This document shows positions 49,019 through 59,780 of a DNA stretch of 64,000 nucleotides, piece by piece. Origin of the DNA: an uncultured delta proteobacterium (GTDB lineage: Bacteria > Desulfobacterota > Syntrophia > Syntrophales > UBA2192); the NCBI GenBank assembly GCA_963705165.1, contig CAVPJD010000016.1, positions 1 to 64,000 on the forward strand, given 5' to 3'. The translations under genes were made by a program, and so were the position numbers. How positions within the stretch are numbered: position 1 is the stretch's first letter; each line of letters begins with the position of its first letter. Under the pieces are notes generated by a model. The model made no database searches. It was not told where the DNA came from and saw nothing but the letters and a program-made list of their open reading frames with translations.

Positions 49019-51256
49019 ATGGCCTTCGAGCACCTGACGAAAAAAGCACTCCTCGAAAAGATGGAATCCCTGCGCCTGGAGGTGATGGAGTACGAGAAAG
49101 CCGAGAGCGAGAAGCTCTACGATGAGAAACTTTACCAATCGCTCGCCGTCACCGCCGAGGCGGGCGTCTACATTGTCAAGGACGGGATATTCCGCTTCGT
49201 CAACCAGTTTACGGCGTCGCGTCTGGGATGCAAGCCCGCCGAGTTGATCGGGATGAGGGCCGTCGACTTCATCCACCCTGACGACCGGGAGATGGTCAGG
49301 CAAAAGGCCTCGGACATGCTCCGGGGAAAGCGCTCGACCCCCTATGAGTTCCGGACCATCGGCAAGAACGGCAAGATTCACTGGATCCTGGAGTCGGTCA
49401 CCTCGATCGAGTTCGGCGCCGGCCGCGCTATCCTGGGGCAATCCATGGACATCACGAAGCAGGTGGATGCCCGGACACGGCTGGCCGAGCTCGAAGCGCT
49501 CGAAGCCTCGATCCTCGAGTCGATCCCCCACGCCGTCATCGGCTTGAAGAACCGGCAGATCATCTTCGCAAACGACGGAGTCGAGAAGGTCTTCGGGTGG
49601 AAGCGCGAGGAGGTCATCGGCAAGAGCACGCGGATTTTCTACCGCTCGAAGAAGGAGTGGGCCGACGGGGCGGACAACCTCTATCGATCCCTGGAGACGC
49701 AGAGGACCTTCACCTCGGAGGTCGTTCGCAAGAAGAAGGACGGCACCCCGATCATCTGCCGTCTCACGGCATCCCGGATCGGTGAGGCGCTCGTCGAGAG
49801 GCAGGTCGTCATCACCTATGAGGACATCACGGACCAGAAGACGGCCGAAGAAGTGTACATGACCATGGCCGAAAGCTCCCAGGTCGGCGTGTACGTGGTG
49901 CAGAACGGGAAATTCCAGTACATGAACAACGTCGGGGCGGCCTATGCAGGCTATCATGCCGATGAGCTCATCGGCATGAACTCGCTTCTGCTCGTTCACC
50001 CCGATGACCGGGAGCCTGTCACGAGACGGGCAAAGAACATGCTGCGGGGCAAGAGCAAGACCCCTCACGAGTTCCGGATTTGCACGAAAGACGGACAGCT
50101 CCGGTGGATCATGGAGACGGTCACGCCGATCCGGTTCATGGGGGAAAAGGCCATACTCGGCAACTCCATGGACATCACGTCGCAGAAGGAGGCGCAGAGC
50201 AAGCTTGCGGAGCTCGAGGCCCTCGAGGCCTCGATCCTGGAGTCGATTCCCAGCGCCGTGATCGGACTCCGTGACCGCCGGGTCTTCTTCGCCAATGACG
50301 GATTGGAACAGGTTTTCGGCTGGAAAGCAAAAGAGCTGATCGGCCAGAGCACGCGCGCCCTGTACCGCTCAGACGACGAATTCGAGGAGATCGCCCATCT
50401 GCTCTATACGACGCTGGAGAGACGGCGGACCTTCTCCATGGAGTACACGTGCCGCCGCAAGGATGGTGCCGAAATACAATGCATGATCAGTGCGGCCCGC
50501 ATCGGCGAGAAGCTGGAGCAGAAAAGCATCGTGATCACCTTCGAGAACATCACGTACCGCAAACAGTCTGAAAAGGAGCTCGAGATCTCGAGAGGGCGCC
50601 TGCGCGATCTCTCCTTGCATCTCCAGACCGTTCGCGAGAAGGAGAGGACCCGGATTGCCCGGGAGCTGCACGATGAGCTGGGCCAGCTCCTGACGGCGCT
50701 CAACACGGGAGTCATCCTGCTCAAAAAGAAAATCCCCCCGGAGCAGAAGCAGCTTCTGGATCGGACGAAGTCCATGAAGGAATTGATCGACATGACCATG
50801 CAGACCGCCAAGAGGATCTACATGGACCTTCGCCCCGGCATGCTCGATCACCTGGGACTGCCCACGGCCATGGAATGGCAGTGCAAGGAGTTCGAGAAGA
50901 TGACGGGCGTCAACTGCACCGTCCGCGTGGAGCCCGAGGACATGATGCCCGACAAGGATCTCTCGATCACCATATTCAGGATCCTGCAGGAGACGCTGAC
51001 GAATGTCGCCCGTCATTCCGGGGCCAGGCGGGTGAAGGTGAACCTGCAGGAAGAGGATGATGAAGTGGAGCTCGTCGTCATCGACAACGGCAGGGGCATC
51101 ACGGAAGCGGAGCTTCACAAGCCGAAGTCCTTCGGCCTGCTGGGCATACGGGAGAGGGTCGAATTCCGGGGAGGAGAGGTGAAAATCACGGGCCGGAAGG
51201 GAAAGGGGACAACCGTGACGGTTCGGCTGCCCCTCCGGCAGGGAGGCATGGCATGA
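49019..51256 (+). CDS. Cytoplasmic 4-PAS sensor histidine kinase (HisKA_3, NarX/UhpB type)
   Basis: Four PAS repeats, ERTRIARELHDELGQ, QETLTNVARH, DNGRG, FGLLGIRER. Confidence 0.94.
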   Translation: MAFEHLTKKALLEKMESLRLEVMEYEKAESEKLYDEKLYQSLAVTAEAGVYIVKDGIFRFVNQFTASRLGCKPAELIGMRAVDFIHPDDREMVRQKASDMLRGKRSTPYEFRTIGKNGKIHWILESVTSIEFGAGRAILGQSMDITKQVDARTRLAELEALEASILESIPHAVIGLKNRQIIFANDGVEKVFGWKREEVIGKSTRIFYRSKKEWADGADNLYRSLETQRTFTSEVVRKKKDGTPIICRLTASRIGEALVERQVVITYEDITDQKTAEEVYMTMAESSQVGVYVVQNGKFQYMNNVGAAYAGYHADELIGMNSLLLVHPDDREPVTRRAKNMLRGKSKTPHEFRICTKDGQLRWIMETVTPIRFMGEKAILGNSMDITSQKEAQSKLAELEALEASILESIPSAVIGLRDRRVFFANDGLEQVFGWKAKELIGQSTRALYRSDDEFEEIAHLLYTTLERRRTFSMEYTCRRKDGAEIQCMISAARIGEKLEQKSIVITFENITYRKQSEKELEISRGRLRDLSLHLQTVREKERTRIARELHDELGQLLTALNTGVILLKKKIPPEQKQLLDRTKSMKELIDMTMQTAKRIYMDLRPGMLDHLGLPTAMEWQCKEFEKMTGVNCTVRVEPEDMMPDKDLSITIFRILQETLTNVARHSGARRVKVNLQEEDDEVELVVIDNGRGITEAELHKPKSFGLLGIRERVEFRGGEVKITGRKGKGTTVTVRLPLRQGGMA

Positions 51257-51884
51257 TCAAGATTCTCATTGCCGACGACCACCCGATCGTGAGGCAGGGA
51301 TTCAAGCAGGTGCTCTCGGATACCCCGGACCTTGTGGTGGCCGACGAAGCGGGAAACGGACAGGAGGTGCTCAGCCTCGTGTCGAAAAAGGACTACGACG
51401 TCATTCTGCTGGACATCTCCATGCCCGGAAAGAGCGGGCTCGAAGTGCTCAAGGAGCTGAAGGTCGTGAGCCCGAAAACCCCCGTCCTGATCCTGAGCAT
51501 CTACCCCGAGGAGCAGTACGCCATCCGCGCCCTGAAAGCCGGGGCATCGGGCTATCTCACGAAGGCCAGCGCACCCGAGGAGCTGATCTCGGCCATCCGG
51601 AAGGTGTCGAGGGGGGGAAGTACGTCAGTTCGTCTCTGGCGGAGAAGATCGCCTACCAGCTCGACGGCGATTCGGAGAAGGCCCCGCATGAAACGCTCTC
51701 CGACCGGGAATACCAGATCCTGCTCATGATCGCTTCCGGGAAGACCGTCTCGGACATCGCCGGGGAGATGTGCCTCAGCGTCAAGACAGTGAGCACCTAC
51801 CGCTCCCGGATCATCGACAAGATGAAGCTGAAGAACAACGCGGAGCTGACGACGTACGCCATACGGAATAAGCTGGTAGAATAG
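51253..51884 (+). CDS. NarL/UvrY-family response regulator, -1 frameshift in G7 run (51611-51617)
   Basis: REC domain (ADDH, LLDISMPG) then, in another frame, KYVS..LAE, LSDREYQI, SVKTVSTYR LuxR HTH; 210 aa if one G is restored. Confidence 0.9.
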
Positions 51885-51969
51885 GGTCCAGGGTTAAGGG
51901 TGCAGGGTACAGGGTGAGGAAGAAGATTCCTGAGATTTCCTGGACCCTGAACCCTGGCCCCTGTACCCC
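51883..51969. repeat. Inverted pair of heptamer arrays (AGGGTNN)n ... (NNACCCT)n
   Basis: G-arm begins in the RR stop codon; C-arm ends just before the ferredoxin RBS. Confidence 0.88.
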
Positions 51970-51985
51970 GTTCCGAAGGAACATT

Positions 51986-52207
51986 GTGCGGATCATCATC
52001 AAGAAAGACGCCTGCATCGGCTGCGAGATCTGCGTGAACATCTGCCCGGAGGTGTTCATGGCGTGGGGGCTCTACATGCGGCCGGTCTTCGAGGTCGGGG
52101 AACCCGAACGGTATAAAGACCTCATCCGGAAAATCATCGAGGAGTGTCCCGCCCGGGCCATCTCGGTCGCCACGGATGAGTTGAAGGCAGACGGCACGAG
52201 GGGATGA
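51986..52207 (+). CDS. Single-cluster ferredoxin
   Basis: CIGCEICVNICP...ECPARAI; GTG start after AAGGA. Confidence 0.85.
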   Translation: MRIIIKKDACIGCEICVNICPEVFMAWGLYMRPVFEVGEPERYKDLIRKIIEECPARAISVATDELKADGTRG

Positions 52208-52893
52208 GCAAGTTCGCCCTGACGCAAACGGCAGCACCGCAAGAGGCCCTCGTGATCATGGCCCGCTATCCCGAGGAGGGGGCGGTGAAAACGCGTCTTG
52301 CACGAGATCTTGGACCTCGTCTGACGATCAGACTCTATCGTGCCTTTATCGATGATCTTGCCGGGAAATTCGGTTGTCTCCACAGGCCTCTGATCTGGTA
52401 CTACCTTCCCGAGTCCAGCCCTTTCGCGCAGCTTTTCTCTCAGCGTTATCCCTGCCGCCCTCAAGCCGGTTCATCCCTCCAGGAACGGATGCTCCGGATT
52501 TTCGAGGACCTGTTCGGGGAAGGCTTTCAACGGGTTGTCGTGATCGGAGCCGATGTGCCGCACATCCCCGTGGAAGCCGTTGAGGAGGCCTTTGCCCTGT
52601 TGAGTGCAACCGATGTCGTTCTCAGGCCTTCCTATGACGGCGGCTATCATTTGATCGGTCTCAGGGCCGCAGGGGATCTCTTCAGCGGGATCCCCATGGG
52701 CACCGATCGCGTTCTTCGCGAGACCGTTGAAAGGGCCGCGTCGATGGGGCTTTCGGTGCATTGCCTGGCGCCGTCCTTCGATGTCGACACGATCGGCGAT
52801 GTGAAACGGTTCATTCGATTCCTGGCAGAAACAGACGACCCGCTGCCGCGAACCCGTGAAGTCATGGCTGAAATCTCAAAAGAGCAGGGCTAA
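52204..52893 (+). CDS. DUF2064/TIGR04282-family putative glycosyl/nucleotidyltransferase
   Basis: ARYP..G.VKTRL, Q.G.SL.ERM, IGADVP, DGGYHLIG, DVDT..D. Confidence 0.85.
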   Translation: MSKFALTQTAAPQEALVIMARYPEEGAVKTRLARDLGPRLTIRLYRAFIDDLAGKFGCLHRPLIWYYLPESSPFAQLFSQRYPCRPQAGSSLQERMLRIFEDLFGEGFQRVVVIGADVPHIPVEAVEEAFALLSATDVVLRPSYDGGYHLIGLRAAGDLFSGIPMGTDRVLRETVERAASMGLSVHCLAPSFDVDTIGDVKRFIRFLAETDDPLPRTREVMAEISKEQG

Positions 52894-52932
52894 AAGGCTG
52901 CAGGCTACAGGCTACAGGCTACAGGCTGAAGG
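52887..52932 (+). repeat. Heptamer array (AGGCTAC)
   Basis: About six units overlapping the stop codon at 52893. Confidence 0.88.
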
Positions 52933-52948
52933 GGGGGGACATCTTTGA

Positions 52949-54259
52949 TTACCAGGATGAAGTCCTGATCCAGTCTTCCAGTTGCGAGAGGGCGCGTTTG
53001 GCGTAAGCCTCTCCCCGGAATTTCTTTCTCACCTTCCCGCCAAGCGGTTCGAAGAGCCCGAAGTTGACATTCATCGGCTGAAAGGACTTCCCCTCGGAAC
53101 GGGAGACGTGGTGCAGCAGTGCGCCCATGGCCGTCGTGCGCGAAGGGATGGTGAATGGTTGCCCCATGCGGATCCTGTGCAGGAACAGGGCGGCAAGCAG
53201 GCCCATGGCCGTCGATTCCACGTATCCCTCCACGCCGGTGATCTGGCCGGCAAAGAAGAGATCCGGGTTCGATCGAAGCTGCAGGGTGTCCGTCAGCACC
53301 GTGGGCGAGTTGATGTAGGTGTTGCGGTGAATGCTCCCGAAGCGCAGAAACTCCGCGCCCTCGAGCCCGGGAATCATGCGGAAGATCCGAGCCTGCTCGG
53401 GCCAGGCGAGCTTGGTCTGGAACCCCACCATGTTGTACAGGGTCCCCTCGCGGTTTTCCTGTCTCAACTGAATCACGGCCCAGGGCTCTCTTCCCGTCCG
53501 GGGGTCGGTGAGGCCCACGGGTTTCATGGGGCCGAAGCGCAGCGTGTCCACGCCGCGCCGGGCCATGATCTCGACGGGAAGGCACCCCTCGAAATACTTT
53601 TCGTCCTCGAAGGGTCTGGCGGCGATTTCGCGGCCCTCGAGAACGGCCTGTCGGAACTGTGTGTACTGCTCTTTGTCGAGGGGGCAGTTCAGGTAGTCCC
53701 CCTCGCCCTCGTCGTATCGGGAAGCCCTGAATACCTTCGAAAGATTGATTGTCGCAGCGTCGATGATGGGCGCGATGGCGTCGTAGAAATACAGGGAATC
53801 CTGACCGACGAGACGGGAGATCGCAGCGGCAAGGGGATCCGATGTCAGCGGCCCTGTGGCGATGATGACGTGTGCCTCCGGGGGGATCTCCGTGCACTCT
53901 TCCCGGATGAGATGCAAGCCGCGCCGGGCAAGGAGCATCTCCTCGATCCTGGCGGAGAAAAGCAAGCGGTCAACGGCCAGGGCTTTGCCGGCGGGCACTG
54001 CCGTGGCATCGGCTGCCGCCATGATGAGGGAGTCGAGCCCGCGCATCTCCTCCTTGAGAAGGCCCACGGCGCTCGTTCGCTCATTGGATCGCAGCGAGTT
54101 GCTGCAGACAAGCTCGGCAAGTTGTGGCGAGCGATGGGCCGGCGAGAGCTTCGCCGGTTTCATCTCCCGAAGCGTGACCTCGTGGCCGCGCTTGGCGAGC
54201 TGCCAGGCTGCCTCACAGCCGGCGAGCCCTCCTCCGATGATGACGATGGGTTTATTCAA
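52949..54259 (-). CDS. trmFO: tRNA (uracil-54-C5)-methyltransferase TrmFO
   Basis: [47 protein letters not shown] start overlapping topA stop. Confidence 0.96.
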   Translation of the reverse strand: MNKPIVIIGGGLAGCEAAWQLAKRGHEVTLREMKPAKLSPAHRSPQLAELVCSNSLRSNERTSAVGLLKEEMRGLDSLIMAAADATAVPAGKALAVDRLLFSARIEEMLLARRGLHLIREECTEIPPEAHVIIATGPLTSDPLAAAISRLVGQDSLYFYDAIAPIIDAATINLSKVFRASRYDEGEGDYLNCPLDKEQYTQFRQAVLEGREIAARPFEDEKYFEGCLPVEIMARRGVDTLRFGPMKPVGLTDPRTGREPWAVIQLRQENREGTLYNMVGFQTKLAWPEQARIFRMIPGLEGAEFLRFGSIHRNTYINSPTVLTDTLQLRSNPDLFFAGQITGVEGYVESTAMGLLAALFLHRIRMGQPFTIPSRTTAMGALLHHVSRSEGKSFQPMNVNFGLFEPLGGKVRKKFRGEAYAKRALSQLEDWIRTSSW

Positions 54260-56496
54260 GAAAGGGCTTCCTTGAACGTGCAGCCTTCTTTCGGGCAGGC
54301 CTTCGTGCGGCCCGTCTTGCGGTTGTACTTCTCCACGAGGAACTTCGAGCCGCACTGCGGGCATTCTTCGGCGATCGGCCGGTCCCAGATGGCGTATTTG
54401 CACGAGGGGTACTTGGAGCATCCGTAAAAGGACTTTCCCTTCTTGGTCCGCTTCTCCGCGATGCTTCCCTTGCAGCCCTCTTCGGGGCAGGCAACACCGG
54501 TCGAGAGGGGCATCGTGCTCTTGCATTCCGGGTATCCCGAGCAGCCGAGGAACTTCCCGAAGCGGCCTTCCTTGAGGTTCATGGGCTTGCCGCATTTCTC
54601 GCAGGCGATGTCCAGGGGCTTCGCCTCGGCCTGGCCGGTTACGCCCCCGTTGCCGTTCAAGTTCTGTGTGTTCTTGCAGTCGGGGTATTTCGTGCAGGCC
54701 ATAAAGCGCCCGTTGCGGCCCCACCGGATCACCATGGGGGCCCCGCACTTGTCGCAGACCTCGTCGGTGGGTTCGAATTCCTTCTTGATGTTGCGCATCT
54801 TCTTGGCGGCGTTTTTCAGATCTTTTTCAAAGGGGGTGTAGAACTCCTTCAAGGTGTCGATGCGGTTGAGCTTTCCCTCCTCGATGCGGTCGAGCTGGTT
54901 TTCCATGGCAGCCGTGAACTCCACGTCCATGATCTTGGCAAAGTTCTGCACCAGCAGCTCGTTGACCAGGATCCCGAGATCGGTGGGGTGGATGCGCGCC
55001 TGCTCGAGCTTCACGTATTTGCGCTCCTGGATGGTGCTCAGGATGGCGGCGTAGGTGCTGGGCCTCCCGATGCCGTTTTCCTCGAGCTCCCGGATCAGCA
55101 TGGCCTCGGTGAAGCGAGGCGGGGGCTGGGTGAAGTGCTGGTCGGGCTTGAGTTCCAGCAGTTTCAGGACTTCCTTTTCAGTGAGCTTCGGGAGGTTTTT
55201 CCCGTTGCCGTTTTCGTCGTCCGTGTCCTTCCCCTCGGTGTAGAGTATCGTGAAGCCCGCAAACTTCAGGACGGTGCCGCGGACCTGGAAAAGGCAGTCG
55301 GCGGCCGTGATGTCCACGATCGTCTGGTCGAAGACGGCAGGGTTCATCTGGCTTGCCACGAATCGGTTCCAGATGAGCTGGTAGAGACGGAACTCTTCGC
55401 TCGAGAGGTATTGCTTGATCTCGAGGGGCCGGTAGGCCAGCGATGAGGGCCGGATGGCCTCGTGGGCATCCTGGGCCTTGTCGGAGGTGGCGTAGACTTT
55501 CGCCTTGGCCGGCAGGAACTCCTTGCCGTAGACGTCCTGGATGAACGTCCGGGCCTCCGTGAGGGCCTCGCCGGTGACCCGGACGGAGTCGGTCCTCATG
55601 TAGGTGATGAGCCCCACGGGGCCTTCCTTCCCGAGCTCGATTCCCTCGTAGAGCTTCTGGGCGAACATCATGGTCTTCTTGGGCGAGAAGTGGAGCCAGC
55701 GCGAGGCTTCCTGCTGGAGCTTGCTCGTCGTGAAGGGGGGCAGCGGGTTTCGCTTCGTCTCCTTGCTCTCGATGCCGCTTACCGTGAACGGGGATGTCCG
55801 GAGAGACTCGACGATTCCCTTTGCCTGGGTGTCGTTTCCGACCTTGGCCTTCTTTCCCCCGATCTTTACGAGTTTGGCCTCGAAGGGCGGCGGGTTGGCG
55901 CCTTCGAGCGCCGCCGTGATGGTCCAGTATTCCTCGGACTTGAAGTTGAGGATCTCCTGCTCGCGCTCGCAGACGATCCGCACCGCGACGGACTGGACGC
56001 GGCCTGCGGAGAGCCCGTACTGAACTTTGTTCCAGAGGATGGGGCTGATCTGATAGCCCACGAGACGGTCGAGGATGCGCCGGGTCTGCTGGGCTTCGTA
56101 GCGGTTTCGGTCCAGGGGCAGGGGATTCTTGAGAGCCGCAAGGATCGTGTTCTTCGTCAGGTCGTTGAAGAGCACGCGGTAGATCTGCTTGCCTTTTGTT
56201 CCGATCTCGTCGGCGATGTGCCAGGCGATGGCTTCGCCCTCGCGGTCGGGGTCCGGGGCGAGATAGATCACGTCAGCCGTTTTGGCGGCTTTCTTCAGTT
56301 CGGCGATGACCTTTTTCTTGGCCTCGAGGACCTCATAGGTGGGGCTGAAGTCATGCTCGATATCGATCCCGAGGGCGCTCCCGGGAAGGTCCTTCACGTG
56401 TCCTACCGAGGCCCGGACATCGAACTCCGAGCCGAGATATTTCTTGATCGTTTTCACCTTTGTGGGCGACTCGACGATGATCAGTGAATTCGGCAT
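54256..56496 (-). CDS. topA: DNA topoisomerase I
   Basis: [36 protein letters not shown]-terminal zinc ribbons; start MPNSL. Confidence 0.97.
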   Translation of the reverse strand: MPNSLIIVESPTKVKTIKKYLGSEFDVRASVGHVKDLPGSALGIDIEHDFSPTYEVLEAKKKVIAELKKAAKTADVIYLAPDPDREGEAIAWHIADEIGTKGKQIYRVLFNDLTKNTILAALKNPLPLDRNRYEAQQTRRILDRLVGYQISPILWNKVQYGLSAGRVQSVAVRIVCEREQEILNFKSEEYWTITAALEGANPPPFEAKLVKIGGKKAKVGNDTQAKGIVESLRTSPFTVSGIESKETKRNPLPPFTTSKLQQEASRWLHFSPKKTMMFAQKLYEGIELGKEGPVGLITYMRTDSVRVTGEALTEARTFIQDVYGKEFLPAKAKVYATSDKAQDAHEAIRPSSLAYRPLEIKQYLSSEEFRLYQLIWNRFVASQMNPAVFDQTIVDITAADCLFQVRGTVLKFAGFTILYTEGKDTDDENGNGKNLPKLTEKEVLKLLELKPDQHFTQPPPRFTEAMLIRELEENGIGRPSTYAAILSTIQERKYVKLEQARIHPTDLGILVNELLVQNFAKIMDVEFTAAMENQLDRIEEGKLNRIDTLKEFYTPFEKDLKNAAKKMRNIKKEFEPTDEVCDKCGAPMVIRWGRNGRFMACTKYPDCKNTQNLNGNGGVTGQAEAKPLDIACEKCGKPMNLKEGRFGKFLGCSGYPECKSTMPLSTGVACPEEGCKGSIAEKRTKKGKSFYGCSKYPSCKYAIWDRPIAEECPQCGSKFLVEKYNRKTGRTKACPKEGCTFKEALS

Positions 56497-57644
56497 CAAT
56501 ACTCCTTCAATTTGAATAACTTTCCCGGAAGCTGCAGGACATGGCCCTTGAGTTCCAGGGACAGCAATACCGCCAGGACTTCGGCTGCCGCCAGGCCCGA
56601 GCGGTTGATGATGGTATCGACATCCAGCGGCTTTTCTGTAATGAAACCCAGAAGCCGCGATTCTTTTTCCGTCAGGGCTTCGCGCCCGGAGGCTGGAGGG
56701 GCCTGGGCCGCCGGCATGGAACCGGGGCCTGACTTTTCCCGCTGCGGCACTGCGGGCCGATGTTCCAACTGAGGGAGGATCTCCTCGAGGATGTCCTCCA
56801 CGCGCTCCACGAGCTTGGCACCCTGCCTGAGCAGACTGTTTGTCCCCCGGGAGCCCGGCAGATCGATGCTCCCCGGCACGGCAAAGACTTCGCGCCCCTG
56901 CTCGAGGGCGCACCGGGCCGTGATGAGAGAGCCGCTCTTTTCGCCCGCCTCGACGATGAGCACCCCCAGCGACATGCCGCTGATGATGCGGTTGCGGGCG
57001 GGGAAGTGCGGCCGGTCGGGCTCCGTGCCGAAGGGAAATTCCGTCACGACGGCGCCGTTTGAGATGATCTCTCCGTGCAGCTTCCTGTTATCCAGAGGAT
57101 AGATCACGTCGATGCCGCATCCCATGACGGCGATCGTCCGGCCGCTGCCGGCCAGCGCCCCGCGGTGGGCACAGGTATCGATCCCGCGGGCAAGCCCGCT
57201 GACAACGGTCACCCCCCGGTGTGCCAGTTCCCGACAGAGCCGCTCCGTGACAAAACGGCCGTAGGGGCTCGCGTTTCGGGACCCGACGACGGCAACGGGG
57301 ATGTCTTCCGGTGTGAGCGTTCCTTTTATATAGAGAAGCGGGGGATAGTCGTAGATCCTCCGCAGCCGCTCCGGGTAAGCCGGATCCTTCACCGTGACAA
57401 TCGACACGCCCTCGCGCGCAGCCCTGTCGATATCGGCTTGGGCCCTCTGCAAGCCCCGAAAGTCCTTGATGTTGCGGGCCGTCTTGTGGTTTAATCCCGC
57501 CGTTTGTTCCAGTTGGGGCAGGGTGGCCTCGAAGACGCGTTCCGGCGAGCCGAAAGCCGCCAGAAGGTTCCGGTACGCGACGTTACCGACCCCCTCAACG
57601 GACTTGAGGGCAACCCAGGTTGTCAGATCGTCCTTGCTTGCCAC
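56496..57644 (-). CDS. dprA: DNA processing protein DprA
   Basis: YP..L..I...P, VVGSR, VSGLARGID, FPARNRIISG, SGSLITA. Confidence 0.96.
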   Translation of the reverse strand: MASKDDLTTWVALKSVEGVGNVAYRNLLAAFGSPERVFEATLPQLEQTAGLNHKTARNIKDFRGLQRAQADIDRAAREGVSIVTVKDPAYPERLRRIYDYPPLLYIKGTLTPEDIPVAVVGSRNASPYGRFVTERLCRELAHRGVTVVSGLARGIDTCAHRGALAGSGRTIAVMGCGIDVIYPLDNRKLHGEIISNGAVVTEFPFGTEPDRPHFPARNRIISGMSLGVLIVEAGEKSGSLITARCALEQGREVFAVPGSIDLPGSRGTNSLLRQGAKLVERVEDILEEILPQLEHRPAVPQREKSGPGSMPAAQAPPASGREALTEKESRLLGFITEKPLDVDTIINRSGLAAAEVLAVLLSLELKGHVLQLPGKLFKLKEY

Positions 57645-57834
57645 GGAACAACGTGACCTCGGCTTCTAATGTGCGGGCGGCAGTGCGGGGCAGGGGCAGG
57701 ATCGCCCGACACCCTCATGGAGGCCTCGATATAAAAATATCAAAGGATGCCTTCTATACTCCGGGGGCCCGCCTGTCAAGCTTTTTTGAGACGGCCGATG
57801 CACGACCCTCAACGGGCGGCGAGATGGGGAGGCT

Positions 57835-59510
57835 GTGATGAAGCGGATTTCGAGTATCAGGACTGCCGGTTTCCTCGGCCTTCTTGGCCTTCTTGTTCTG
57901 GCGTCCCATGGGACCCTGGAGACGGCGTCGGCCCGGGACAATCGTCCTGCCGCACCTGCCCTGTCGGTGTCGACCCGCGAGATCGACCTGGGTGTCATCG
58001 GGCCCGGCGAGAGCGCACGGGCCCAGTTTCAGATCACAAACACGGGAGAGGGACGGATCCGGTGGGCCATCGAGGAGCCCCCTGGCTGGGAGTCCTCGAC
58101 GGGCGGGGGGCTTACGGGGGAATGCGGGGCCACGCCTTCGCGGGTCGATGTCGTGCTGAGCTTTCTCAAAGTACGGACGGAGGCGGGCGATCACCCGGTG
58201 GAGATCCGGATCGCATCCGGAAGAAACTCCCTGGTGCTTAGGCGAACACTTGCCGAAGGGACCTGGCGCGAGGCGCTGCGGATCGAATCCGACGAGGGCG
58301 GACGGACCCTGTTTCTCAAGTTCGGCCTGGCCGATGCGAAGTCCCGGCCCGCACTCGAGGTGGAGCCGCGGGGCATCGACCTGGGGGACACGGAACCCGT
58401 CAAGGAACTCACCCGACGGATCCGCATCTCGAATGCAGGGGCAGGTGTGCTGCGGTGGCAGGTCTCCACGTCGGCAGGCGGGCAGGCTCGCGTCACGGCG
58501 GGAACCGGACGGGGAAGATACCTGTCCCTGCTCAACGAGGCACTGGCCTCAGGGGGGCCGTACACGGCACCGCCTCACCTGAAGGATGCGCTGCAGGCGT
58601 CAGGAAACTGGGTCGTCGAGAAGGGCTATCCGAAAGCGGCGGGGCCGGGTTGCACGATGAAACTCCAGATCCAGGGGACCGGGGCCGTCCTGTATGGAAA
58701 GAGGGCATCCGAAGCGGCCCTGGTCCGTGTGTCCGCCGATGAGCAGCCCTGCCAGGGAAATGTCGCTGCTGGAGCTCGAGGGGAGACCGCTTCGAAGGGA
58801 GTCGTCATCGGAGGATCTGCCCGAAGGGCCCGCACAGTATTCAGATCCAGGTGGGGGAGGGCGCCGTCATCCTCGAAGGGATATTCGTGAGCGACACGAG
58901 GGCCAATCTGCCTCCATCGGCATGGGCCCGGCTGACGCCCCTTTCGGGCACCACCACCCGGGAGACGGATTTTGTCACGATCCGGATGAATCTCTCGGAG
59001 CTCAAGGCCGGCATCTACACGGACCATATCACGGTTACCTCGAATGGCGGTACGGCCCGCATCCCCGTATCCCTGAACGTAACGGGGGATCCCGTGCCGA
59101 AGATCCAGAACGTCTACCGGTATACCCGGGGGTCCGATCAGCTCTTCACAGCTCAGCCCGAGAAGGAGGATGCGCGTTATCTCGGCGCCTACCAGCGTGC
59201 GGGGCTTGCCTTCAGGCTCTACAGCCCGGGGACGGCGGGCACCGTCGATCTGTACCGGTGGTACAACCCCTCCATCGGAGATCATTACTACGCCGCGGAG
59301 CGAAGCGGGGGCCGCAAGAATCTTGCCGGTTACCTCTTCGAAGGACCCATCGGCAACATCGCCACGATCCGCCTGCCCGGCACGAGGGAGCTCTACCGTT
59401 GGTTCAACCCGTCGACAAACCAGCATTTCTTCACGACGGACGCCGCCGGCGAGGGCCAGGGAAAAAGGGGTTACCGCTTCGAGGGGATCGTGGGATTCGT
59501 CCTGCGATGA
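57835..59510 (+). CDS. Secreted multi-domain protein (Ig/BACON-like repeats, C-terminal DUF5648-like repeats), frameshift cluster at about 58745-58825
   Basis: Signal peptide; I.N.G.G.L.W Ig-like motifs twice; LYRWYNP..DHYY and LYRWFNP...HFFTTD...GYRFEG repeats. Confidence 0.75.
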
Positions 59511-59538
59511 CAGGGTGAAAATATTTGTGAATTGCTGC

Positions 59539-59567
59539 TTGACAAAATCTTTCAAAGCGTTTAATAA
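59539..59567 (+). promoter_or_regulatory. Promoter of tRNA operon
   Basis: TTGACA-17 nt-TAATAA with AT-rich upstream sequence. Confidence 0.7.
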
Positions 59568-59594
59568 ATCCTCTTTGCAATTGGAATCTCACGT

Positions 59595-59671
<77 letters not shown>

Positions 59672-59680
59672 GAACCAGAT

Positions 59681-59758
59681 GGTGGGTGTAGCTCAAGTGG
59701 TTAGAGTGTCGGGTTGTGGCCCCGAAGGTTGAGGGTTCAAGTCCCTCCACTCACCCCA
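59681..59758 (+). tRNA. tRNA-His(GTG)
   Basis: G-1 present; TCGGG-TT-GTG-GC-CCCGA; GTTCAAGTC; CCA. Confidence 0.96.
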
Positions 59759-59780
59759 GAAATATAACGGGCAACAAAAT

